Positions 1 through 14,200 of a stretch of DNA of 64,000 nucleotides are shown one piece after another. Each line of letters opens with the position of its first letter. The stretch's first letter is position 1. The translations under genes were made by a program, and so were the position numbers. This DNA comes from a virus (Duplodnaviria; Heunggongvirae; Uroviricota; Caudoviricetes). The stretch spans positions 8,935 to 72,934 of IMG/VR virus record IMGVR_UViG_3300010163_000004; one strand, written 5' to 3'. The notes below the pieces were generated by a model. That model saw only the letters and a list, made by a program, of their open reading frames with translations. It did no database searches and was not told the origin of the DNA.

Positions 1-993
1 ACCATTGCATATGGACTTCCTAGGGCAGTATATGCCGACAGAATGAATAGAAGAATGACAGACTTGGCTAAAGAATCAGTAACTCCACTGCTAAAAGATC
101 CGTTCTAGGTACATCGTTATACTAGAAGTGACTTAGATGCAGAAATGTAGGGAGAGAGAAATTACGCAGATCTTAGAAGGTTGGCTAGTAGACCTATTAC
201 TTCTGATGGAAGTCTGTAGACTGCTACACAATTACAAGCGGAAGTTTAGGGACAAGAAGCTAGAACAGCCGGAAAAGAAAAGAGTAATCAGACTTAGCGA
301 CAATATGATGAATTAGCTTGGCAACAAGAAAAAGAAAATGCCGCTAACCGACATGAAACGGCTATGTTTAATAGAGCATAGTAGTGGGGAGCTGACCAAG
401 ATAAGAGTAAATTTGAATAGGCTTACCTATCCAAAAAGTTTAACATTTGGGATACCTTTGGACAATAGTTAGAGTTTGAAGCTAGAAGTAGACAGTAGGA
501 GTCCAAGGCTATAGCTGATCGTTTTGCTTATTCAGATATTCAAAATGCGGTTAACTCAGATCCTAATAGATACGGAGCTGGACTTACGGAAGAAGAATTA
601 GCCTTACATAAAAAGTTATAGGCAGGAATAGCACCCTCATAGTTGATTTCTGAAAATAATAATAATGTTACTTTACTTTCCTCTATTAGATAGAAACTAA
701 GTCAGGCTTAGCAAGCTCAGTTAAGTTAGTATTATAATATTAATCCTTCTAAATGGGCCGGAGTTAGATCTGCTCAAAAACCCTAGGAAATAATTATTAC
801 CAGAGCAGCGAGAAAAGGAGCAAAGTTAGCAAAGAATGACTCCAAAATAGCTATCGCTGGAATAGAGGCCAAAACTGCAGATGCAGAAAGATTTTAGAGA
901 CAAATTAAGGATTGTATCGACAGAAATGAGAAAACTCTAGATAGATTATCCAAAAGTTTATATGGACTTATAAAAGCTTCAATGATAAAATGA
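1..993 (+). CDS. 5'-partial virion/cargo-type protein, TAG read as Gln (330 aa visible)
   Basis: Frame 1 is open from base 1 to TGA 991-993 with about 17 in-frame TAG and no TAA/TGA. C-terminal RAARKGAKL motif. The stop overlaps the next ATG (ATGA). Confidence 0.85.
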
Positions 994-2867
994 TACTGAA
1001 ACTATAGCAAGGGGGGAATGCCCTTCCCCCTCTTGTTTCTTATCAACCAGTGACTGTTACTGGTAGGGCAACTGCTGAACCTACTGCTGAGTCTAATGGA
1101 GAGGTTTCAGATTTGACAGATAAAGACTTGTTAGATATGATGGAAAAATTAAATGGATTACCTAGTGATATAGAATTGTTAACTAATTCCTTATAGAATT
1201 TCTATATTGATTAGTAGTTTAGTCCCTTTCCTAATACTTCTAATATAGCATCTAAATACATGTAGATACTGAGTTAGCTAAAAGTTGCCAATTTTAATAA
1301 AGAATAGTTCGATAAAGCTCTAGAAATAGTAACCAAAAACGGAGGTCTGAATGAATTTGCTATTAATGATAGAGGACAATTATTCTGCATAAATTCTGAA
1401 GGAAACTTCAAACTAATGAGTATAGACGAACTAGAGGGGTCTGATTATCAACCTCTTACAAATTCCGAATTATTACAATAGCGTGCATATTCTCCATCTT
1501 AGGCATTTAGAAACGACATACTTAAAGTAGTGTCTAATGGTATTGGGATGGAAGCCATTAATAAGTAGATACAAGACGTTATATCTAAACTAGGAAAGTC
1601 AGAGTTTGGAACTGAAGGATATACGACTAAATAGGCTAGTTAGGTGTTAGGAGGAATAGAAATACTTAATTCAGCAATTTAGTAGGGAGCTTTAGACAGT
1701 GGCCTAACTAACTTGTCAGTAGATGGCCTATATAAGAGCAAGATAATTACTTCTAGTCAAGCTGCGCAGGCAGAGAATGCTCTGAGTTATATTTATCATA
1801 CTCTTCCAGAAAACGCAAGAACTTTACTAAAATTAAAATCAGGTGGAACCGATGAAGGAGTTAAAGCTCTTTTAACTTAGTTAGTTACTTCTAGTACTTC
1901 TAGCAAATTTGACTTTAATCTAGATTTGCAAAAATCATCTACTAGCTCAAAGGATTCTTCAGGTACTAAGGATACAACCCCAGAAATGAGTCTTGCGGAA
2001 AACATTCAACGCGGAGGAGGTACTCCTGTAGCTATGCCGTTTAAGTACGGAACTATGGATACAATGATTACTGATGCACGGATGTATCCAGTTACTAAGA
2101 AAAATGGGGAATCAATAGGAGGTAACGTTACATTATAGAAATTTACAGAGGATAGTTAGATTACTGGATTATATGACCTTACTTAGGTTACTTTTGGAGA
2201 CCAAATAATTCCAACTTCAGGAATTAAGGATATTCTTGTCGAAGACCCAACTATTTACCATGCTTATTTACCTATTGACCAAGATTAGGCTAGCAAAGGT
2301 ATTATAACACCCGACTTAAAAAGTGTAGCTAGATTAGAAACTGCTAAAGAAAAATTAAAAGAGTTAGGTATAGAGTCAGTAGAGAATGTTAAAACTCCTC
2401 AAGAAATCGAGGCTGTTAATCAAGTATATGCAGAGCTTAAATTACCTCCTGTAAAATTAGAGGATGGCAAATTTACTCAATATTATAGACAGTTTGGTAT
2501 TTTACAAGGTGATGCATTTAGTAATGCTTTCTCTGACCCAGATGCAGTAATTCTTGGAGACTCACCAATGCTGCATAACGTGGAAAAAGAGAATATAGCC
2601 CAAGGCATATTCGATTTAATTAAAGGACCTAACTCTAAGGAAAAGTACGATCATAGAGGTGCATTCGATATGCATATATGGGGAAAACCTAACCATCAGA
2701 GTATATTTAAAGGATTAATATTCTTACCATTGAAGACTACTGATAGGAATTACGGAAAAATGGTTGCAGGTAATGACATTACAGAGAAGGAAGCTATAGA
2801 AAATCAAATGAAATATTAGTAGGAACAGAGATTAAAGAGCACAACAATTGTTAGAGGATAGTTATGA
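990..2867 (+). CDS. Putative virion/cargo protein, 625 aa, TAG=Gln (MILKLQQGG...)
   Basis: ATG 990 overlaps the upstream TGA. The frame is open with TAG=Q to TGA 2865-2867 and includes track fragments 1926-2138 and 2568-2819. Confidence 0.85.
1012..1041 (+). terminator. Intragenic hairpin plus T-rich tract (possible attenuator or weak intrinsic terminator)
   Basis: GGGGGAA-TGCCC-TTCCCCC followed by TCTTGTTTCTT, 4 nt after in-frame TAG 1005-1007. Confidence 0.3.
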
Positions 2868-5800
2868 TTCCAGAATAGAAAGAAAATGATTGGATTGTTG
2901 GAATATTAGGAAATCCACAGTTGTCTACAGCTGATTTAAAGGCAGCAGGATTTTCAGCAGATAATACTTCTCTACTAAATGAGAGTGAGTATTTAAAAAG
3001 TCCCAAAATTACTGACAATCCTATATTTAAGAACGAAAACGGGGAATTTGATAAGACCAAATTTCACGACTTTTATGAACGAGCATAGTTGACATACAAT
3101 ATATTATCTAATGATACCTACTTAGATAAAATGCTAAAAGATTAGACTACCTTTAGTTTTGATGATTGGTTAGTTCCTATAGACTAGAGGCAGAAAGCAA
3201 CAGATATGGTTACATACACAAAAACTCCTAACCCTAATAGAACTAATACTAGCCTCGTAAGATTAGGAGTTACTGATAATCCCAGATGGTCTATAAGTGA
3301 ATTAGCACAGAGGGAAAAAGTAGCTGCCAATCCAGTAGAAGCAGGAGACGACTACTCAAAAATTATCTGGCACGAAGCCCCTAATGATTCCTGGACTACT
3401 GATTTTTTCGATACTAGAGTACTAGCTACTTATGATAATGATGGAGAACACATTGATTTAGTGACTGGGGAAAAAGTATAGCACAAAAAGGGTGACTATA
3501 AATTGAATGAGAATGGAACATACTACTATGAAAATCTGGACGGCAGAGACATTTATGGTAAGCAAGTTCTTAATAAGATGAATACTCTAACTAAGGATGG
3601 TTCTTGGATAAATAATTATGATTTCTTTGACTCTGATGATTTAAACAAAAAAAGTGTTGGAGGAACTATAATGAAGAATCTAGCTTTGGTAGGAAGTATG
3701 TTTATTCCATATGTAGGACCTTGGATAGCAGGAGCTAGTGTTGCTACTTAGCTGGTAGGACTTGCTGGAACTTTAGGTAAAATGCTAACTGGAAGCGATT
3801 CTCCCACATTTTCAGCCATGGAAGGCTGGTCAAAATCAGTTAATAGGCAGACTGCCAAATCTTAGTTTGCACAAGAAAATACTTGGTGTTGGGAAAATTT
3901 TATTTCTTTAATTGGAGATGTAGCAGGCTAGTTAAAGGAACAGAGATTCCTATTTGAGTTTGCTCCAGCCTTATTTAAGAAAAGCTCTGCTGTGACAGCA
4001 GAGGGATTGTCACAAGCTGGTAGGGAGAAGTTTATAGCAGAACAAATAGATAAATACAAAGATATAAATAATCTAAAACTAGCCTAGCTAATAGAGGGAG
4101 GGGCTACTCCATAGTAGCTTAGTGCTTTTAACACTGCAGCTAGCCTAAATAAATTTAGAGCAGAAGCAGACTATGACAAATTCGTGTAGGCTTATTAGAA
4201 AATAGGGTCAGTGCTATCCAAAGGATACATGACTGCGGTTACAGTAGCCGATACTTATGGAGAAGCTAAGTCAGAGGGTAAAGCTACTGACTTTGAAGCT
4301 ACTATGCTAACTCTAGGTTATGCGGCAGCAGAAGCTGCACTATTAAACACTGGAATAGGAGAGTGGATATTGCCTGAGTTAAAAGGAGAAGGATTAAAGA
4401 GAAGAAAAATTATAGAAGCATTTGCGAATGCTCCTAAAGAAATTAAGAACAGTGTCCCTGATAGAGCTAATAAGAAATAGTTAGCTAAGTATTGGTTTAA
4501 AAAAGGAAAAGAAATAGCTACTGACGTAATGTCTCTTGGAAAGGGTACCCTTGGGTCAGCAGTATCTGGTGGACTAGGAGAAGCTATAGAAGAAACTACC
4601 GAGGAACTGTTGGCTGACTTCTCTAAATCTTGCTATAATGCTGTGTAGTACTTGCAAGGGGACGAAGGTCGCATGAGCGCTTGGGATAATATGTTTGACC
4701 GATATGCTATGTCTTTCTTAGGAGGAGCCGTAGGTGGAGGTCTAACTGCACTAGGTACAGACTTTAAACTGAATAGATAGGACATTACTCCTGAAGCTGC
4801 CCGTTAGCAACTTGTATATGACTTAAGAAATAACAAGAAATAGGATTATATAAAGACTTTGGAAAAAATGGAGATAGCTAATCCGTATCTCTCCTTTGAA
4901 AGCGATGGAAAATCCTTTAAACCGTCTTCCAAAAGCATCAGAAGTATGGATTAGGATGTCAAGAGAGCATTTGTTTAGCAATTAGACATTTATGATAATA
5001 TTATAAAAGCGGAGGGATTAAAAGTATCTGACCAGTCTCTACTAGATACTTAGATATTTAAAGATGTAGCTCTGCAGGGACTTTAGAATTCGACAGTTTC
5101 TTCTTTATTTTTACAGGACTTTAATAGTATAGTATCTAACATATTAAAAACTTAGGAATCTATCCAAAACATTAATAATAAATACAAAGATTCTGATAAA
5201 AAACTAACAGACGAAGATAATAAAGAAATTGTTACATTAACTAAGGAATTAAACGATCTTAGGCTAAAAAAAGATAAGTATCTAGATGGTTCTTTAGCTA
5301 TGGACTACATTTCTAAGGCAATGTTTGACTTGACTCCAGGATTTAGTGAGTACTATAGTAATTCCTTGTTCAAGGATTATGTTAAGCAGTAGTACAAGAA
5401 AAATATAAATGATTTATCTAGTGAGGATTTGAAAGAGGCTAGGGCTAAGTTTGATAATTGGAAGCAGACAGACTATAAGAATAGAATATCTGATATTACT
5501 CCTATATACTTAGACTGGGCACGAAATTCTGGATTATTTATACAAGAGTATGCTAAAAATTATGACTCTATTAGGAGAAACAGGTCCATTTACGATTTAA
5601 TTAAGAGTACTCTGAAGAGATAGGATCAATTAAATGCAGGTGCTTACACAGAGGAAAATAAAATAGACTAGGCTGCTGACTTAGATGCTTTTATAGATGC
5701 AGTATAGTCAGAATATTAGACTAGTAAAGCTGGAGCTACTCTAATTTTTTCTGGAAATAATGAGACCTTGAAACAACAGCTATTAGAATTATCTTAGAAT

Positions 5801-8800
5801 AAAAAAGGAAACAGTTAGAAGATTTCGGATCTAATTAACCGAGAATTATCATTTAATCTAGATAAATACTTCCAATAGTTTAAGACCTCCTCTATTAACC
5901 CAGAAATAAAGCACGAGATACTAAATTCATTATAGGCTCTAAAGGAGTGGTCAGCGAAGCAACAACTGCCCGTCCGTGATATAAATATATCGAATATCTT
6001 AGAGGAGTTTGATAACTATGGATATAACGGAATAAACTCTAATACTAAAATCTCTGAATTAAAAGCAAAGGTTCAGGCTATGGACTTATTAGGTATACTA
6101 GGAAACGCCGATACACTTATTGCATATGCGGAGAACTAGGGACTATAGAATCCAACTCTACAAGATATAGAAAATATCTAGAAATAGTTTGGAGTAATAG
6201 ATAGCAATATAGACTTATATACAAGGGAAATAAACAATTCTACTTATACAGATGCTATTTAGTTTGTATAGAATCATATCTAGGCTAATTCCCAAAAGGG
6301 AGATTTAAACATATCTGAGCTTATAGAGAAAATTAACTTTATCCTAGATGAAAATAGAGGTGATATAAGTAGTGTTAATTTTGATGAGGTAATAGGTCAG
6401 ATAGACGATGCAGTGACTTCTATTAATTTTGCCAAAGGGTTAGTTTTAGGAGCACAAACATCTACTGATGGGGCAGATATTGGAAATCTTTTAGGATATA
6501 ACAAAACTCTTAATGAGATAGCTAAAAAGAACAGAGTCGCTGATTGGGAAGTACTTCCAGAAATAACTATGGAGGATGCAGCTATCATTAGTTAGGATTT
6601 AGATTTGATAAAAAATAAGCTAATTTAGGCGAAAGCTATATATGCTATAAATTAGGGGAAAAAGCTAAACTTAGTTAACAATACAGCAATTAATAAGAAC
6701 TTTATCGAGTATAACAGATTATCAGACTTTATAGTTAATATAGGCGATGATTGGAAAGAAAGAGACAGGCTATAGGATGCTATTAACAATGCATTAACTC
6801 TGAAAGAGTTTGCTCCAACCAGAAATCAAAAGGGAATAAGTGCCTAGTAGAGAGATTCAATTGAATTAGAAAGAGTAGCTATATCTGATGCTGTTCACGA
6901 CTTTTTCCAAGCTAATGAAGATCTAATTAAGCAAGGAAAACTAAAAGACTTATTTAGAAAAGGGTTTGACTTATATAGTTTGACTAATTAGATAATTAGT
7001 TAGAATACAGAAGCATTAGAGGATTAGAATTTTGTATATTGGTTGGCTAGTAGAGCTGCTTTAAAGCAATCAGATTTTCTTAAAAAGTTTAAAACTGTAA
7101 TAGATGGAGAAGTAGCTCCCCTTCCTACCCAAGAAGAATCTATATTTTAGGGACTAGCAGAGGTCCTAAATGGCGATATGACTACTTAGTTTATGGAAGC
7201 GTTTAAATAGGCTGCTATAGAAAACTTCTAGGAAAGTAGTGATACTATTAAGGAGGATATTCTGAGAAATAAACTTGGGGTAAATACTGCTGAAGAGATA
7301 AGAAAATTTATTGATGATAACTAGATAGTAAATGAGGACATTATTCCCAAATTCGAGAATATATATCTAATAGAGGGCATCCCAGGAGCAGGTAAAAGTT
7401 AGGCAGTTAATTATTATATAACTAAAATGCTTCCGAAAGAACTATTGGAAAATAGCTGGTTTGTTCATAATAGTTAGAAAGCTGCTGATGAATAGGTCAA
7501 AAAACTTGGACTTAAGAAAGCATTCTCGAAAAATCCCTTTATGACTACAATTTATTCTAACTATAATACTAGTAGGGATACTAATAAATACGGATATAGA
7601 TTATATGATAAGGAAGATTGGATTAAGGACTCTACTGGTAAGATTGTATATAAATATCAATCAGATGACATTGCTCCAGAAAATGTTCCATCTTTGATTA
7701 TTATTGATGAAATATCCCACTACGATGAAGCTGATTTATCTCTGATAAACGACTTTGCTAAAAAATATGGAATAACTGTTTTAACTGCTGGAGATTTTGA
7801 CCAAAGTTCAAGCAAGGCTATGGTAGAGAGGTATGAAAATACTGAGTTACAACTAAGTCCAAAAAGGTCTTTCTTCAAACACGCGCCAAAGCTGGGAGTT
7901 AGTATGAGAACCTCTAATTCTCAATTAGACAAAACTTTAGCATCCTTTAGAACTACAGATGAAAACGATGTTATACAGACATACTACTATGAGTAGCCTG
8001 GAAATTTTACAGGAGCTAAGGTAGTTCTTGATAAAGATGAGGCTAAGGCTACTATAGATAATATTATGTCCTAGGTATCTGATAAGGATAAGGTAGGACT
8101 TATTTATTATGATATGGAGTCTCCTTTGTATCAGTATATGAATGAAAAGTACAATGGAAGATTTGAAGCATTTAGAGGTACAGCAGCATAGGGGTTAGAA
8201 GGTAGATTTTATATAGCTGACTTTACTGGAAGTGATGAGCTTAGCAGAAAGAAAGATTTATATACAGCTATAAGTAGGGCAGAGTAGGGAGCCTTAGTTT
8301 ATGGTTCTGAACTTACTAAAATCAAATCTAACAGAGAAAACGTTGTTACTATGTCTTCATTTTCGAAAGCTGGTATTGCAAGATTTTCTGAAAATAGAAA
8401 AAAATTCCTGGAACAAAATTATCCTGAAAGTATTAATCTAGTTAAAATTGATAGATAGGGCATTAAGACTGTAATAACAACTCCTCCTCCTACTAAAGTA
8501 CCTCCGCTAATAGCTACTTAGGATGAGCTAACTCTTCCTACTAATTATGGAGAAAAAACTGTAGAAGTGTTAAACGAAAAGTAGTCAGAATAGCCTACAG
8601 CAGAACTAGGAGAAGATTTTGTATATCTACTACATTCCCATAATACATTTGAGTTAGGAATGAAGGAGAAGGATGGAAAATTAGTATTTGAAGATGAAAT
8701 TTCTAGATATAGATACAGAATTGATAGTGCTATAGGACTAGCTAAAATATTTGAGTTAGACTGGAAAAATCCGGTAAAGGATGCGAAGTTCTATAAAAAT

Positions 8801-11206
8801 ATTATAAAGGAAATTAGAGGTTATTTATTTACTAGTACTAGTAAGCCAGACCTAATATTAGCACTAAGCTCTGTTTTTAATCCAGATGAGAGTAATCCTG
8901 ACTTGGAAGTAACTAATGTTGAATTTGGGTTAATGTCGGCCCCAAATATTAGTTCTAGAAACTCTGACTAGAAATGGGGCTACGGATAGGATGCAAAACA
9001 GTTTGGCATTTTTGACAAAAGCAACGATGAGAGAACTATAGGCAATGCTAACCCATCTGAAGAATCACAACACATAAATAGGAAAGCTATTAATGCTATT
9101 ATTACACTAGCAAACGGTAAACGAGTTGCTATTCCATTGTTTACTTTAGGCAATTTAGAAACTTATACTAGAAATCCTACTTCAGAAATAGGAATCAAGC
9201 TAAAAGCACTATTTGAATAGAATCCAGATCCATATAACTTTCATAAAGCTATTCTATAGGATGAAGAGCTTTCCAAAGTACCAGAAGTAGCTAATTTAGC
9301 TACCCTCTTTTTATTTACAAATGGTGGGTATTTTAAGATAAATGACGAATCATGGATTCCTTCCAAAGGATTAAAAAATTGGGGTATTTAGGTAAATCAG
9401 AATGCTATATCTGGAACTAAGTTTGAATTTAATGGAATTACTTCTACTATATCTGAAGCTTAGGACTATTCTGGATTTGTATTCTCTAAAGGAATATATA
9501 CTTCCATGTAGGATTTAAGTGATGCTAATGGAAATCCTATTAAATTTGCAAATAAGGGCCATGCATTTATACTAGTCACCTAGAATCCGCTTTTAAGTAG
9601 TGATTAGTTAATGCGGGAGCAGTATGAACGATAGTTAATAAATCCTAATGAGAATAAAGAGGTTACTCTTGTTTACGTGGTTCCTCCTAAAGTACCTGTT
9701 GAGGATTACCTAATAAACTTAAGAAACCTAATAAAGGAAACTGATTCAGATAAGAGAAAAACCATTAAAAAACTTGGAAGTCGTTTAACTTCTTATTAGA
9801 TTTGGGATAAGCTTCTCCCGGAGCTAAAAAGTAACAACCCATTATTTAATAACTTAGAAGATGAACTAAAAACAAAAATAATAGAAACAGTTGAAAGGCT
9901 TTAGTAGCTAGAAAAATCCTCTCCAGAGCTATTAGTTAATGAGGTATCTACAGAAGAAACCTGGAAAGGGACAGGTAAACCTACATAGAGTATTCAGCAG
10001 CATCTGAATTATGCATTGTTGAAATGCTACATTGATGCTCATATTAGTAATGTCCTACTAGATAAAGTAAGCGAACTTGCTAATATTTTGCGAGAAAGAG
10101 GAATGGGAGAGTTTTATTACTCTACTAAGTTTAAGGAAAAGATACCTCCAAAAGATTAGGTAATGGTTTAGTTAGAATCTGACAACTATACTATTAATGG
10201 TCTTCCATTTACTATAAATGCTAAACTTGATTCTAGCTTATTTAGCTAGAATAAGGATTTCAATACTATAATAGAATCTTTTGTAAATAAAATAATTCCA
10301 GCGAACGATAAAATTCCTAGAGACTATTCAAGTGATACCTTTGGGTTTATAAATCCCAATAGTTCTCAATCGAAGGGGAATACGTTTAGTATAGAACCTA
10401 ATTGGTATAATATAAATCAAATAACTATTTCTGGAGAAGGCATCTCAGTAGATGGTAGAGTTAAAAATTTTACTCCTGAGTATGTTGATAAATTAAAATC
10501 CGCATTACTAATTAATGGTAAGATACCCACCTCAAAAGAAATCTTTGAATTATATCGGCCTTATCATTTTGACTAGATAAATCGAACAAATGCTGATTTA
10601 ATGTATAATAATATTATAGCTTATTTATCTGGAGATGCTGTACTCCCTGACGGCTATAACATTTATAACATGATATAGGGAGATATAAATCGTACAATGA
10701 ATGAGTTTAACGCCAGAGATAGTAAGTCTAAGTATTTCTTCAATACTGCTAGTGATAGAGTATTTAAGGTAGAATTTTCTGAGGATTAGATTGATAAGGC
10801 AGGGCTAGAGAAATTTATATTAGATACATCCGTCAGAACCAATGAGTACAATCTAGGAAATGGCTTAACTCTAAGAATTAATAGGGAGAACCAGACAGCT
10901 GAATTAATAAAAGAAGCGTCATAGGGACAAGACTCTTCTATGTATGACGAAATGTTCTTAGAGGATGGTTCTCCGATATATAATCTGTTTAGTAACATCG
11001 GTTATATGTCAGAATTTTTAGACTACTAGGGAGCATATGGTTGGAATACAGTTTCAGAAATGTAGGGTTCAGAGGTAGTCGACGAACTAACTAACATATT
11101 CAAAGCTATGCCAGATAATGATACAAATAAAGAAGAATTAAAATAGTTATTGAATTATTTAGCTCAAGATAATGAATATTGTACAAATATATTTAGAAAC
11201 ATATGA
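2864..11206 (+). CDS. Giant virion (ejection/cargo) protein with SF1 helicase-like NTPase domain, 2780 aa, TAG=Gln
   Basis: ATGA overlaps at both ends and the frame was hand-checked free of TAA/TGA. Motifs: Walker A GIPGAGKS (7376-7399), Walker B IIIDE, GDFDQ, motif V AA[TAG]GLE (TAG 8189-8191), motif VI LYTAISRA. Gly-rich hydrophobic segments near 3680-3780 and 4700-4760. Confidence 0.9.
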
Positions 11207-14200
11207 TTTGTGACTATAAACAAAAGTTTAAAACTGATTTTGGTAAACTTATTAAAAGTCTAGAGAATTAGAGTGCAGAGCAGATACGCTCTGCAGCTCT
11301 AGATTATCTAAAAGCAGCGAAACAAAATGCACAAGATGCTGGGTATTCCAGTATTAATGATTTCCTATCTGACTGGGCAAAGTTTGTAGATTGGAGATTA
11401 GCTAAATCGGGAATAGAACCAATTGGTTCTACTATTATCTAGAGAATACTCTTAGGTGAAAATGAAGACATTTCAGAATAGGTAGTTACTACAGCTAGTA
11501 TTGATATAGATTACTCTAAAAACTAGGTAAATAGCGACTTTCTGAATTAGATATATAATGGAGCTGACGAAGTTAAAAATAGTGCACTAAGGTAGATTAA
11601 CTTTAACCTATGTAACTCTATGATATTTAATCGAGACAATGGGACTATAATTAGAGGAGATAGAGAGTTAAATAAAAATCTTAGAGAATACTAGTAGACA
11701 TTGTTCGATATAGTATATAATTTCCTTTAGAAGAAGGGAAGAACTCTTCCTGGAAGGATTCTTATGTACGAAGATGGAAAGTATACTAGAGCCTTTGAGT
11801 ACTTAGCTCCTCTCGCAGAGGATGTATTCAATAAATTTGATAGAAAGAGGTTAATAACTGAGTTTAGCTATTAGACAGACTCTCTCAAAGCTTTTAACGC
11901 ATATTAGACTCTAGCACACTTTGACGAGTTTTTACTACATATTTTTGGAGATACAATAAAGATTAAAGATCTAGATACTAAATTCACAGATTCTGACAAA
12001 TATACCTTATCTTCTAAAGCTACAGCTATGTTCTGGGCTAATAACGAGGAAGACGATATAGATTTATCAAAGTCCATTAACAATTTATCTAGAATATTAG
12101 TTAATTCTACTAGGCTTTATGATTATAGTTCTGGAACTCTTATTCCAGACACTTATTTAAATTTTGGGCAGTTTACTGTACTAATTAGTAAATTAAAAGA
12201 CTTATCTTCTAACAGACCCTTAACTAGAGGGATTCTTCTTAATGAAGTTAAAGCTAGAAAAAGAACTATTCCTTTAGACTCTATTAGTAGTGAGTCCGCT
12301 GATTTTATCAAATCTCTAGGAACGGGTGCTACTTTAGCTACCTTAATCAACAAAACAAGGTTATATCCTAGAGAGACTTTTACTGCAATATTCGAGTTAT
12401 TAACTAGTTAGAACTTGAAAAATGTTTTTAAGCCAATAGTTAATCAATTTACTTTAGAAGAAAGAAATGTACTTATGTCTTTAGGGAAAGAATTGTTTAA
12501 TAATTAGGGAAATTCTTTAAGAAGAGTATAGGACTTAGAAGGATATTTCGATTGTGATTATTTCTCTACTTTGTTATAGACATCTGATACTACATGTATT
12601 GTTAAAAACAGTTAGTACTCTATAGACTCTGTGAGTGGTAAGATGGTATTAAAATCTTTGTTAAGTTCTAATATTAATTAGATATAGAGAAGGCTCAATG
12701 ATACCTTAAATACTATGAATACTCCAGAAGGAGAAGTGCCATATAGCCCATCCTATGATAAGTCAGGATTTAATTTTATATGGAAAGGTAAGAATGTAAA
12801 TATCGATAACGTGGGTAGGGTCACTATAGATAAGATTCCAATAGAAAGTACAACTATAGAACAGCCAGTAGAATTTTTAGACTCAGTATTATTCTAGAAT
12901 TTTACTAATAATCCAAAGTATTTAGATAATTTTGTATTCATTACTGGTCTGTCTAGATAGTAGGCAATATCCTAGTTATTTAGATTTGGGGCGGAATTAT
13001 TACATGGTCAATTTGTATTGAAGAAGATAAATGATGCATTATCTCAACCTAGGAGAGTTGATGAAGAGAAATTGACTAAATTAGAAAGAATTTAGCAAAT
13101 TGCAAAGAAATACTATCCAGTTGATTATTATGGAGAGCCTAAGGTGAGTCAAGCCTATTCTACTATTGATATTGTTCCTAGCAAATAGTTAACTACTCTG
13201 GAACAGCTTGCTGAGGCTAGAGCAGTAACAGACGGTGCTACTTCAGCTACTTCAGTGAAGGATTCTACCGGAAGAACACTAGCAACTAATTCCCCTAGTA
13301 GACTTTTATCTACCTATGAAATGTAGATGGAAAGTATTAGAGATAATCCTAGTTGTCCGGCGTACAATTTCTCTATTGTACAGGACCCATATACTTTCGT
13401 CAATATCTATACTGTTAGAGAACTAAAAACATAGGATGGAGAATATAAATTATTCAACTAGCTAAGTTCTAGAGAATTTTTGGAATCAGCTATCACATAT
13501 GATCTAATTTAGCCATTAATAGGACTAGAAACAGGGAAAAATAATCTTTCTAGTAAAGGAATCCTACCTATAATTCCTTCAGTAAACTCTGATAAATCTA
13601 CAGTAAGCAAACTACTAGTTAACTTAGACCATGAGGTTAAAAAGATGGGATATCCAAGTATAGAAGAATTTATCTCATCTACTAACAATGAACCTTTACT
13701 ATAGTATATAAATAAGGAACTTGGAGGCTACTATAATAAATTAATAACTAAGTTAAACAATGACTTTAAATTGTTTGCAGACAGTCCTACCTACAAAAGA
13801 GTGTTTGGAGATTTCATATTAGAATATACTCCTGAATCTCTAAAGCAATTTAAAGATATAGCTAGAACTAATGAAATATTTACAAGTTATAGAAAATTAA
13901 TTGATACTATAAGTAGAGAATCAGGGGTTAAAATAAATGAGGAACTACACTTTGTATTTGCTAAAGGGGGAGAGTTATTTTTTAATAACTCTATTATTGC
14001 TCTTGCTAGACGTTACAAAAACCCAAATAGACTTGAATTCTTTCTCTAGCATAAAAATACAGAACTACTAACTTCCCTAATAAATAGTAAAGTAATCATA
14101 GACTTAGATACTAAAACTTAGAACTGGTTTAAGAAAAACAAATTAGACCAATGGATTGGTGATTCTGGAACTCTAATATTTGCTAAGTATGAAGATGAAT

